Below, piece after piece: positions 9,618 to 17,053 of a stretch of DNA of 52,902 nucleotides. The stretch comes from an uncultured Candidatus Saccharibacteria bacterium (GTDB lineage Bacteria > Patescibacteriota > Minisyncoccia > Phycocordibacterales > UBA2100), in NCBI GenBank assembly GCA_964410475.1, contig CAYPGH010000001.1, positions 1-52,902 of the forward strand, written 5' to 3'. Positions within the stretch are counted from its first letter, which is position 1, and each line of letters starts with the position of its first letter. The position numbers and the translations under genes are program-made. The notes beneath the pieces were generated by a model. It made no database searches. It was given only the letters and a program-made list of their open reading frames with translations, and had not been told where the DNA came from.

Positions 9618-10577
9618 TCATTTTCCGCCCGCTTTACGTCGTCGATAAAAAGCGACCGTCTTTTTAAGACCACTCTCGAAACGAATCTTTGGCTTCCATC
9701 CCAAAGCCTTCTGCGCTTTCAAAGACTTAAGCGCGTAGCGGAAATCGTGGCCGAGCCTGTCCTCAACATGCTCTATCTGCCGCCGATCTTTTCCGAGGGC
9801 GCGTACGAGCATTTGTGCGACTTCTATATTAGGTAGTTCATCATGCCCACCGATGTTGTATATCTCACCGCTCTTTCCTTTGTGGAACGCGAGATCAATA
9901 CCTTTCACGCCGTCCTCGACGTAGAGCCAGCTACGCACATTTTTACCGCTACCATAGAGCGGTACGTTCTTTCCTGCGAGCAGGTTGGTAATTGAAAGTG
10001 GAATGAGTTTCTCCTCGTATTGTCGCGGACCGTAGTTGTTCGAGAGGCGCGTAATCACGATGTCGAGCCCAAAGGTGCGATTGTATGCGAGGACGAGCAT
10101 GTCGGCGCCTGCCTTTGATGCGCTGTATGGGCTACTCGGAGATAGCGTGTCTCCTTCTTTCGAGGGACGCGCATTCTTTGTAAGTGAGCCATACACCTCG
10201 TCGGTCGATATGTGATGAAAGCGTTGTACACAATGGCGTTTCGCGAGGACGAGCAGGTTATGCGTGCCGACGATGTTGGTCTCGATAAAAATGTCGGGAT
10301 TCTTGATACTCACATCGACATGGCTCTCTGCAGCGAAATGGATGATGTGTGTCGGATTATATTTCTTGAATATTCGCTCCATGGCCGCGAGGTTGCGGAT
10401 ATCTGCTTTCACGAACGAGTAATTCTTCGCCCTTGAGATCTCGATGTTTGCGAGGCGGCCTGCATAGGTAAGCACGTCGACGTTTATGAAGCGGTATCGA
10501 GGGTATTTTCGCACTGCATAGTTGAGGTAATTACTACCGATAAATCCCGCACCCCCGGTAACAAGAATAGTTTTCAT
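9618..10577 (-). CDS. rfbB: dTDP-glucose 4,6-dehydratase
   Basis: MKTILVTGGAGFIGSNY, HFAAESHVD, YSASKAGADMLV, and a length of 319 aa. Sits immediately downstream of a sugar-1-P nucleotidyltransferase. Confidence 0.9.
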   Translation of the reverse strand: MKTILVTGGAGFIGSNYLNYAVRKYPRYRFINVDVLTYAGRLANIEISRAKNYSFVKADIRNLAAMERIFKKYNPTHIIHFAAESHVDVSIKNPDIFIETNIVGTHNLLVLAKRHCVQRFHHISTDEVYGSLTKNARPSKEGDTLSPSSPYSASKAGADMLVLAYNRTFGLDIVITRLSNNYGPRQYEEKLIPLSITNLLAGKNVPLYGSGKNVRSWLYVEDGVKGIDLAFHKGKSGEIYNIGGHDELPNIEVAQMLVRALGKDRRQIEHVEDRLGHDFRYALKSLKAQKALGWKPKIRFESGLKKTVAFYRRRKAGGK

Positions 10578-10693
10578 GATGGCAATATAAGAGAGCCGAC
10601 TTGCCCCGTAGCCGACGCGAAGCGTCGCGGTACTGGGGTGAATCCCGCACCACCCGAGACGAGCATCGTTGTCTCTTTCATATTGCGCTTCAT
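10574..10693 (-). pseudogene. Orphan 5' stub of a different SDR epimerase/dehydratase gene
   Basis: Starting at the ATG that follows copy B, the frame reads MKRNMKETTMLVSGGAGF (a Rossmann-fold N-terminus), then loses similarity in a GC-rich imperfect hairpin. It stops at a TGA overlapping the rfbB ATG. Confidence 0.5.
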
Positions 10694-10819
10694 CCCGTTA
10701 GAGGCAGGAAGCAACGCTTCCCGTACCTGATTTATTGCCAATAACCGACCCTGCTGATTTTCCACGTAGATGCTTCATATATTAAGTTTGCCTTCCGAGG
10801 CCTCTAACGGGATTCATGA
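10689..10819 (-). repeat. Long-stem element (LSE) copy B, 131 bp
   Basis: Arms at 10692-10705 and 10800-10813. The only difference from copy A is 10798 a versus 9515 c, in the 3-nt bulge. The TAG stop of the rfbA-like gene (10804-10806) lies inside the arm. Confidence 0.9.
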
Positions 10820-11553
10820 GGTGCGCGCTTTTTCATAAAGAGGGAAGCCTTATGCAAAGCCTCGATGTTGCCAATATCGAACCACTCTTTTTTGAGAACA
10901 TGAGCGTTCAGAGACCCCTCCGCGAGATATAGGGAATTTACCGACGTAATCTCATATTCGCCCCGTTCACTTGGAGACACCCTTCTGATTTTATCAAAGA
11001 CGCTGTTGTCATATATATAGAAGCCGGTAACCGCCATGTTACTTTTTGGTTTGGACGGCTTCTCCTCAAGACTTATTATTTTACCTCTCGGGTTCACCTC
11101 CGCTATGCCAAAGCGCTTTGGGTCGGAGACTTTCTTTAAAAACACAGTGGCGCCCTTTTTGAATTTCTTGATAGCGGGTGAGATATCATCCATGAATATA
11201 TTGTCTCCCAAAAAAAGCACGCAGTTATCGTCTCCTATGTAATCCTCTGCAATATGGAGTCCATACGCGATGCCATTCGGCTCGTTTTGAATGCCGTAGA
11301 CTATCTGTATCTGTCTGGCGGTTGTCGATGTTGTTGGTACAAAGTGCTGTCCTGAACCAAGCAACTTTACGAATGCGTCAATGTGATGAGGAGAGGTTAC
11401 GACCATTATCTTCGTTATACCCGCATCAACCAGCTTCTCTATAGCATAGTAGATGACAGGCTTATTAAATACAGGTAATAGATGTTTGTTTGTAACAAGG
11501 GTTAGCGGGTGCAATCTGATGCCAGACCCTCCTGCGAGGATGACTGCTTTCAT
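10804..11553 (-). CDS. rfbA: Sugar-1-phosphate nucleotidyltransferase (glucose-1-phosphate thymidylyltransferase-like, short form)
   Basis: ORF 10804..11580. I start it at ATG 11553 (MKAVILAGGSGIRLHPLTLVTNKHLLPVFNKPVIYY). The substrate is inferred only from its position upstream of rfbB. Confidence 0.75.
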   Translation of the reverse strand: MKAVILAGGSGIRLHPLTLVTNKHLLPVFNKPVIYYAIEKLVDAGITKIMVVTSPHHIDAFVKLLGSGQHFVPTTSTTARQIQIVYGIQNEPNGIAYGLHIAEDYIGDDNCVLFLGDNIFMDDISPAIKKFKKGATVFLKKVSDPKRFGIAEVNPRGKIISLEEKPSKPKSNMAVTGFYIYDNSVFDKIRRVSPSERGEYEITSVNSLYLAEGSLNAHVLKKEWFDIGNIEALHKASLFMKKRAPHESR

Positions 11554-11674
11554 CCCGTTAGAGGCAGGACGCGGAAACAAAATATGCTCCGCACACTGGC
11601 ATGCTAATGCTAATAAATTTCGATTTCATAAGTAAATTAGCGATGAGTCGTCCGCGGCCTCTAACGGGATTCAT
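11549..11674 (-). repeat. Long-stem element (LSE) copy C
   Basis: Arms at 11552-11565 and 11657-11670, identical to those of A/B. The interior is unrelated. The second stem is GGACG/CGTCC (a compensated change relative to A/B). It ends directly at the rfbA-like ATG. Confidence 0.85.
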
Positions 11675-11831
11675 CCCGTTAGAGGCAGGAAGCTTGCCCC
11701 GTTAGAAATATCGTTTCTAACGGGGCTTGCACTTCCGACTCGGAAATTATTGCTTGTAAGCATACAACTGATGATAAACATATAGAGAATGTAGCACAAC
11801 CGGAACTACCGCGGCTTCTAACGGGATTCAC
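11670..11831 (-). repeat. Long-stem element (LSE) copy D, with a nested hairpin
   Basis: Arms at 11673-11686 (ATCCCGTTAGAGGC) and 11814-11827 (GCTTCTAACGGGAT; one position gives a G-T/G-U pair). Nested perfect hairpin GCCCCGTTAGAAA-TATCG-TTTCTAACGGGGC at 11696-11726. Together with copy C it forms a 30-bp perfect palindrome at 11657-11686. Confidence 0.85.
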
Positions 11832-11870
11832 TGCGGCCATACTATACTTTCCGTGATATAGTGTCCAATC

Positions 11871-12635
11871 ATGTTGAGTGAGGGCAAGAAATCCATATGT
11901 ATTATCCTTGCCTACAACTGCGGCAACGTCCTTGAGAACACGTATAGACGCATACCGAAAGATTCCGTGGACCACATCGTGCTAATTGACGATGGCTCTA
12001 CTGACAATACGCTTGCAGAGGCAAGCCGGCTCGGCATTGAGTACTACACTCACGAGAATCTGGGGTACGGAGGAAATATAAAATACTCCATAAGGAAAAG
12101 CATTGAACTGGGATTCGAATACATAGTCGATTTACACGGAGACGGGCAATACGATCCTACGGCCATACCTATAGCGCTTGCAAAAGCCAGGGAGGGTTAT
12201 GATTTTGTACTGGGGTCCCGCTTCACAGATCCTATGCAGCCGTTGCGGGATGGCATGTCGTGGGCGCGCTATTTTGCAAATATCGGCTTAAGTTCCATTG
12301 AACGTCTTGTGCTCAATCTTCCTCTCACAGAGTTCCACACGGGATTCAGGATCTATACAAAACATCTGGCAGAGACCGTAGCGCTCGAAAACACGTCCGA
12401 CGATTTTCTCTTTAGCTTTCAGATTATCGCGCAAGCCGTTTTTGCCAAGCTCAAGATAGGAGAAGTGCCGATACGTTGTAACTATAAGGAAGAACACTCA
12501 TCCATCTCTATTCCAAGATCCATTAAGTACGCATTTCAAACATTTGGAATTCTCGCACTCTATCTTTTGGCGAGGATGGGTTTCAGAACCAAGCTATTTG
12601 CAAAAAATGATGCCGGACTTAAACGGCAGTATTGA
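11871..12635 (+). CDS. GT2 family glycosyltransferase
   Basis: ICIILAYNCGNVLENT...IVLIDDGSTDNT, then DLHGDGQYDP (DxD-type region). 254 aa. Confidence 0.8.
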   Translation: MLSEGKKSICIILAYNCGNVLENTYRRIPKDSVDHIVLIDDGSTDNTLAEASRLGIEYYTHENLGYGGNIKYSIRKSIELGFEYIVDLHGDGQYDPTAIPIALAKAREGYDFVLGSRFTDPMQPLRDGMSWARYFANIGLSSIERLVLNLPLTEFHTGFRIYTKHLAETVALENTSDDFLFSFQIIAQAVFAKLKIGEVPIRCNYKEEHSSISIPRSIKYAFQTFGILALYLLARMGFRTKLFAKNDAGLKRQY

Positions 12636-12691
12636 GAGGCATTGCAATCCTTCGGTTATCTCTCGCAAAGCGGGCATTGAGGCCACTCTGC

Positions 12692-13375
12692 TTACTCCCT
12701 CTCTGCGAGTATGAGATGTTGATATGCAAAAAATCCGGGAAGAGCCCAGGCGATCGCGAGCCTGATTTTCGAGATTGCTTCAAAAAGAGGATTGTCCCAC
12801 AACGCCTTGGGTAAAAGAAGTTCCACGGGTTCAATACTGGAACTGAACACGCACTTCTTCAGAGGAGGCCCACTGCGGAGAAACTGGCGCACTCGCTTGC
12901 GGGTGAAGAATTGATAATGCGTCCGATCCATGATGCCGCGGTCGTAATAGTCGAATACCCCGAAGAGGAGGGGTATCCTCACGCTCCAGTGCGCGACGTT
13001 GGGCAGGGAAATCAGGACTTTTCCGCCAGGAGCAAGCGTTTTCATGGCGTCGGAAAAAAGGGTCTGCGGGTCTGTCACATGTTCAAGAACGTCAAGAAGA
13101 AGAATCAGGTCGAATGTCCGACCGGAAAATTCCGAGATGTCAGACGCCACCTCCTCATAAATGTCTTTGACATGTTCCCGAGCTTCCGCATCAACCTCGA
13201 CTGCGTACAGGTTTGTGACTCCTTGCATTTTGAGCGCCTGTCCGATCGCTCCAGAACCCGAGCCAACATCCAAGACACGAGTGGAAACGGGAAGTTGAGT
13301 GAGCTGTCGGAGAACCCACCAGTGATTTGAGCCAACGAAAGGTTTGAATTGGTACCGAATGTGTGGAGCGGCCAT
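12692..13375 (-). CDS. Class I SAM-dependent methyltransferase
   Basis: ORF 12692..13609. The ATG at 13375 (MAAPHIRYQF...) is preferred because the upstream part overlaps the divergent gene region. Contains VLDVGSGSGAIG, LILLLDVLEHVTDPQ. Confidence 0.7.
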   Translation of the reverse strand: MAAPHIRYQFKPFVGSNHWWVLRQLTQLPVSTRVLDVGSGSGAIGQALKMQGVTNLYAVEVDAEAREHVKDIYEEVASDISEFSGRTFDLILLLDVLEHVTDPQTLFSDAMKTLAPGGKVLISLPNVAHWSVRIPLLFGVFDYYDRGIMDRTHYQFFTRKRVRQFLRSGPPLKKCVFSSSIEPVELLLPKALWDNPLFEAISKIRLAIAWALPGFFAYQHLILAERE

Positions 13376-13511
13376 AGTTGGTAGTTTATCAAGTGAACTC
13401 TGATATTGAGTATCTATGACTGAACTCGCGACCTTCAATTCGCCACATGATACATCGTTTTTTCTAAGAATCAATTTCGTTGAGAGGCACATGATATAGT
13501 GACTTTTCAAA

Positions 13512-14063
13512 ATGAACAGGATTAATGTAGCAGTGGCAATAGAATATTCATCAGACAAGAATTGCACCGACCTTGCGCCTGCGACTATCGCGACGCTTGA
13601 AGCCGCCACTCTGTTCCTGAACGGTGAACGCGAGAATGACTTTGTACTCGCGTACTGTAATGCAAATCTGCGAAACGCGATGATTCCACAAGAGACAGAA
13701 TCAAAAAAGTCGGAAATTCTCCGTAAGTTGCTGAAGAATCCGGTAAAACGAGTCGTAGTGGAGGCGGGGAACTCGATTGAGGAAGCGAAGAATATCGGCG
13801 ATGCTCTCGCTCAAAATGGCATAGAGCCCAGGAAGATAATCATTTTCTGCGATATTCAGCATAAGCGGCGGCTGTGTATTATCTGGCCACATGTGTTTCC
13901 GGGGAGCGAAATCGAAATCCGGCCTGACCGATATATACACGGGGGAGACTTCAATCAGATTTTCCTGCGCAACAGGTTCACATGGTGGCTCGCCAATGTT
14001 GCCGGGCTGATCGCGATGAAGACGTTCGGGATAGACCGGGTGGCTTCGATTAAAGAGCCATGA
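13512..14063 (+). CDS. DUF218 (YdcF/SanA-like) domain protein
   Basis: AGNSIEEAKNIGDALAQNGIEPRKIIIFCDIQHKRR resembles the NT-x-ENA ... VTS-x-x-H core of DUF218. Weak, by-eye call. Confidence 0.5.
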   Translation: MNRINVAVAIEYSSDKNCTDLAPATIATLEAATLFLNGERENDFVLAYCNANLRNAMIPQETESKKSEILRKLLKNPVKRVVVEAGNSIEEAKNIGDALAQNGIEPRKIIIFCDIQHKRRLCIIWPHVFPGSEIEIRPDRYIHGGDFNQIFLRNRFTWWLANVAGLIAMKTFGIDRVASIKEP

Positions 14064-14119
14064 GGAACTCGTGAGAAATTAGCGTCACTGCGAGCTTCCT
14101 TTTTTTGTTACACTACAGT

Positions 14120-14545
14120 ATGCGAGAGATTCCGCTTCCTCTATTTGCCAAAAAATACGAGCAGATTTTAAGATTCCTCATAGCGGGGGGAATAGCGTTC
14201 ACGGTCAACATCGCCGTGCTGTATCTTTTTACCGACATACTAGGCATCTACTATCTGATTTCCACAGTGTGGGCTTTTGTAATCTCTCTCGGCGTAAGTT
14301 TTCTTCTCCAAAAATTCTGGACGTTCCAAGATGGCTCCCGCGATAAGTTGCATATCCAGCTTCCGCTCTACCTCGGAATGCAGGTCATGAACCTCATCCT
14401 AAATACAGCGCTTATGTATGTATTCGTGGAATACCTGCATTTATGGTACCTGTTTTCTCAAGTGATTATTGCATCTGGGATTGCGTTCAGCAGTTTTTTC
14501 ATTAACAAAACGTACATTTTCAAGTACGATGTTCCGGAATCTTAG
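14120..14545 (+). CDS. GtrA family membrane protein (second copy)
   Basis: ORF 14105..14545 (TTG); ATG at 14120. Contains LRFLIAGGIAFTVNIAVLY...LQKFWTFQD. Confidence 0.75.
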   Translation: MREIPLPLFAKKYEQILRFLIAGGIAFTVNIAVLYLFTDILGIYYLISTVWAFVISLGVSFLLQKFWTFQDGSRDKLHIQLPLYLGMQVMNLILNTALMYVFVEYLHLWYLFSQVIIASGIAFSSFFINKTYIFKYDVPES

Positions 14546-15977
14546 CTGAACGGCCATTATTCTTGATAGCCAATGCATGGCTTTTTGTGTGCTGGAATAA
14601 CGACTCCAGCGCATAAGCCGCGAGAATGAATAGAAGAGGTTCAACGGGAACCCGATAACGCACGCCTACTCCGAGGCCGACAATGATTGTCGTACATGCG
14701 AAATAAGCAATCATTCCCGTAATAAATATTAATTTGGGCGTAAGACCCTTCTTCATCCAATACATAATGGCACCAGCCACAGAGAGTAGGGTTATCGCAA
14801 TCCAGAAGAGTCTTCCCAGCACGACAATAGCTCCGGGTCCCTGCATAAGGTTGCCGAAAAAGGAGACGGCTTCTCTTGGGTGCGTCAATAGCTCAAAGAC
14901 GGGCGGATGAGCATAGGGTATTCCTGCATCAAACCTGTTGTTAAGTAATCCGGCATATCCATCGTGAGTGAAAAATCCGTACATAGTAACTCCGAATAAT
15001 TCTGCGAGTCCTTTCGGATGTTGCCAGAGTTTCGCAAATGCACGCTGTCTGAATTCACTCGTATTTCCGAGATTTACTTCCTCAATACTTTCCGTGCCCA
15101 GGCTACCCAGGAATTGCTTTGCGGCTTCATCAAATGGAATGTTTTGTTCAAGCGCTATCGTTGAGGGCACGAGAAATGCGTATAAAGCGCTAACCGGCTC
15201 AACGTTGAGACTCGTATTTCCGAAAGTCTCGTAATTTCTGTATATCCAAGGCGAAAGTATGAGCAGGAAGACACCCAGGACCACAGGAACTTCTTTCAGG
15301 AGAAATCTCTTGACGTTGAAGCCGCCGTTCCATAACATGATTACGAGCATAAAGATCGGCACATATTGCGTCGTCGGTTTAATAAGCGTTGCGATACCAA
15401 GGAGTGCAGAGGTAAGCACGAGCATTCGCAAGCTTCTGTTTTTAAGATATCGCAAGAAGCAGTATATGAAGCAGAGAAAAACAAACGTAAATAGTGTCTC
15501 GGTCAACACTAAGCCCGTAAGATACGCGGTATACGGCTCTAGAGCCGTCAACAATCCCACAGCAATGCTCAAACGAGGTCCCAAAAACTCTCTCGCAATC
15601 ATCCAGGCAATTACTGCGCTCGCGCTTCCCAAAAGCGCCTGAATAATGAAAAGTGCTTTATAGCTTCCAAAAATATTCAGGATTCCCGCGATAAAAAGTG
15701 GGTAGAGTGGCATCCGCACCGAGTCGGGGACATAAGGTTCACCTGCGCTACGGGTGAAGCCGTGTCCGGCAACGAGGTTGTTGGCTATCTCATAGTATCC
15801 ATCATAGGCGACCGTCATCGGATTAACCGGCTTGTTGTCTACAAGCGAAAAGGGGAGAAAGTATAAGCGTATCGCAAACGCGAGGAGAAAAATCACGAAT
15901 ACTATGGTATATGGACGCGAGATGTTCACGATGGTATCGTACCATGGTGAAGGTATGCAGAAGATACAACTCTCCAT
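14520..15977 (-). CDS. GT-C fold membrane glycosyltransferase (ArnT/PMT_2, GT39/GT83-like)
   Basis: 485 aa with many TM segments. The N-terminal loop has FLPFSLVDNKPVNPMTVAYDGYYEIANNLVAGHGF, typical of dolichyl/undecaprenyl-phosphate-sugar-dependent transferases. Confidence 0.7.
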   Translation of the reverse strand: MESCIFCIPSPWYDTIVNISRPYTIVFVIFLLAFAIRLYFLPFSLVDNKPVNPMTVAYDGYYEIANNLVAGHGFTRSAGEPYVPDSVRMPLYPLFIAGILNIFGSYKALFIIQALLGSASAVIAWMIAREFLGPRLSIAVGLLTALEPYTAYLTGLVLTETLFTFVFLCFIYCFLRYLKNRSLRMLVLTSALLGIATLIKPTTQYVPIFMLVIMLWNGGFNVKRFLLKEVPVVLGVFLLILSPWIYRNYETFGNTSLNVEPVSALYAFLVPSTIALEQNIPFDEAAKQFLGSLGTESIEEVNLGNTSEFRQRAFAKLWQHPKGLAELFGVTMYGFFTHDGYAGLLNNRFDAGIPYAHPPVFELLTHPREAVSFFGNLMQGPGAIVVLGRLFWIAITLLSVAGAIMYWMKKGLTPKLIFITGMIAYFACTTIIVGLGVGVRYRVPVEPLLFILAAYALESLFQHTKSHALAIKNNGRSAKIPEHRT

Positions 15978-16914
15978 CGTCGTGCCCGTTTACAATGAAG
16001 AACGCAACATTCCGGAGCTTACTTCCCGGCTTCTCTCGGTGCTCAGTGGCATAGGACGTCCGTTCGAGATAATCGCGGTTGATGACGGTTCGCGTGACGC
16101 ATCTTTCAAAGTTCTTTCCGAACGCGCCTCTCGTGATTCGCACGTGCATGCGATACGCTTCAAGCGTAATTTTGGCCAAACCGCCGCTCTTGCGGCCGGC
16201 ATTGAATACGCTCACGGAGATACGATAATTACGATTGACAGCGACCTTGAGAACGATCCTGCGGATATACCGCGGATTTTGGAAAAGATAGACGAAGGGT
16301 ATGATGTCGCCTCCGGTTGGAGGCAGGGCAGGTGGAGTGAACAGAAACTTACGCGCAAATTGCCATCGCTTATGGCGAATAAACTAATCTCTACGCTTAC
16401 GGGAGTTCACCTGCATGATTATGGGTGTACGCTCAAAGCCTATCGCGCCGATGTAATCAAAGGTGTCAAGTTATACGGTGAAATGCATCGATTCATTCCT
16501 GCATATGCCGCGTGGCAGGGCGGGCGGGTAGCGGAGGTTCCAGTCAGCCACACGCCGCGAAAACACGGCAAGAGTAACTATGGGCTAAGCCGCATATTTC
16601 GCGTCCTTCTTGATCTTGTGGTCGTCGTCTTCATGTACCGTTATATGAACCGCCCGATGCATTTCTTTGGCATGTGGGGATTGGGGAGTCTCGTTCTTGG
16701 ATCCATCGCAGGGTTTGTCGCAATACTTTTGCGCCTATTCGGCATTTTGCATTTCGTTGAAACCCCGTTGCCTGTGTTTTCAGCGCTATTTATTATAGTC
16801 GGTGTACAGCTCATCATGTTCGGTGTTATCGGTGAAATGCTCATGCGAACATATTATGAATCGCAGGGTCGCCGTCCTTACGTTATATCGGAATCGTCGG
16901 CGGAAAAATTCTAA
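15955..16914 (+). CDS. Polyprenyl-phosphate glycosyltransferase (GT2; GtrB/ArnC/DPM1-like)
   Basis: ORF 15832..16914; ATG at 15955 gives MQKIQLSIVVPVYNEERNIPEL...IIAVDDGSRD, plus two C-terminal TM helices. The start diverges from, and overlaps, the GT-C gene start. Confidence 0.8.
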   Translation: MQKIQLSIVVPVYNEERNIPELTSRLLSVLSGIGRPFEIIAVDDGSRDASFKVLSERASRDSHVHAIRFKRNFGQTAALAAGIEYAHGDTIITIDSDLENDPADIPRILEKIDEGYDVASGWRQGRWSEQKLTRKLPSLMANKLISTLTGVHLHDYGCTLKAYRADVIKGVKLYGEMHRFIPAYAAWQGGRVAEVPVSHTPRKHGKSNYGLSRIFRVLLDLVVVVFMYRYMNRPMHFFGMWGLGSLVLGSIAGFVAILLRLFGILHFVETPLPVFSALFIIVGVQLIMFGVIGEMLMRTYYESQGRRPYVISESSAEKF

Positions 16915-17053
16915 CATGCCCAGCAGGACAATTTGGCATTGCCTTGGTTGTGGAATTCATCAACAAAAATCAGATCGTCTTATGCCGATAAGAATTTCAA
17001 ATTTAAGTGGGATTGGCGTCGGCAGAAACGATGTCAAATTGTACTAGCCGGGT

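Noticed and set aside
9406-10819. The 131-bp near-identical pair could be a template repeat / variable repeat pair of a diversity-generating retroelement.
   Set aside because: Both copies are intergenic rather than at the 3' end of a target gene. The single difference shows no adenine-specific pattern, and no reverse transcriptase is in the window.
9406-11831. The LSE copies could be integron attC sites, making this a gene-cassette array.
   Set aside because: The architecture is attC-like: bulged imperfect hairpin, variable centre, a GTTAGAG/CTCTAAC core, and positions between ORFs. However, canonical attC reads RYYYAAC ... GTTRRRY on either strand, whereas these read GTTAGAG ... CTCTAAC (opposite polarity). 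The last core position is not a pyrimidine, and no intI or attI is in the window. It is still worth an IntegronFinder/attC covariance-model run on the whole genome.
11549-11831. A possible CRISPR array, given the Cas2-fold gene at 49675.
   Set aside because: The repeats alternate in orientation (inverted, not direct), spacing is irregular, and there are only a few units. The Cas2-like domain is of the PaaX/wHTH-fused type, with no cas1 or effector genes nearby.
11679-11975. A 98-aa minus-strand ORF spanning LSE copy D and the start of the GT2 gene.
   Set aside because: It is made of repeat sequence plus antisense of a well-supported GT2 N-terminus. No motif is present.
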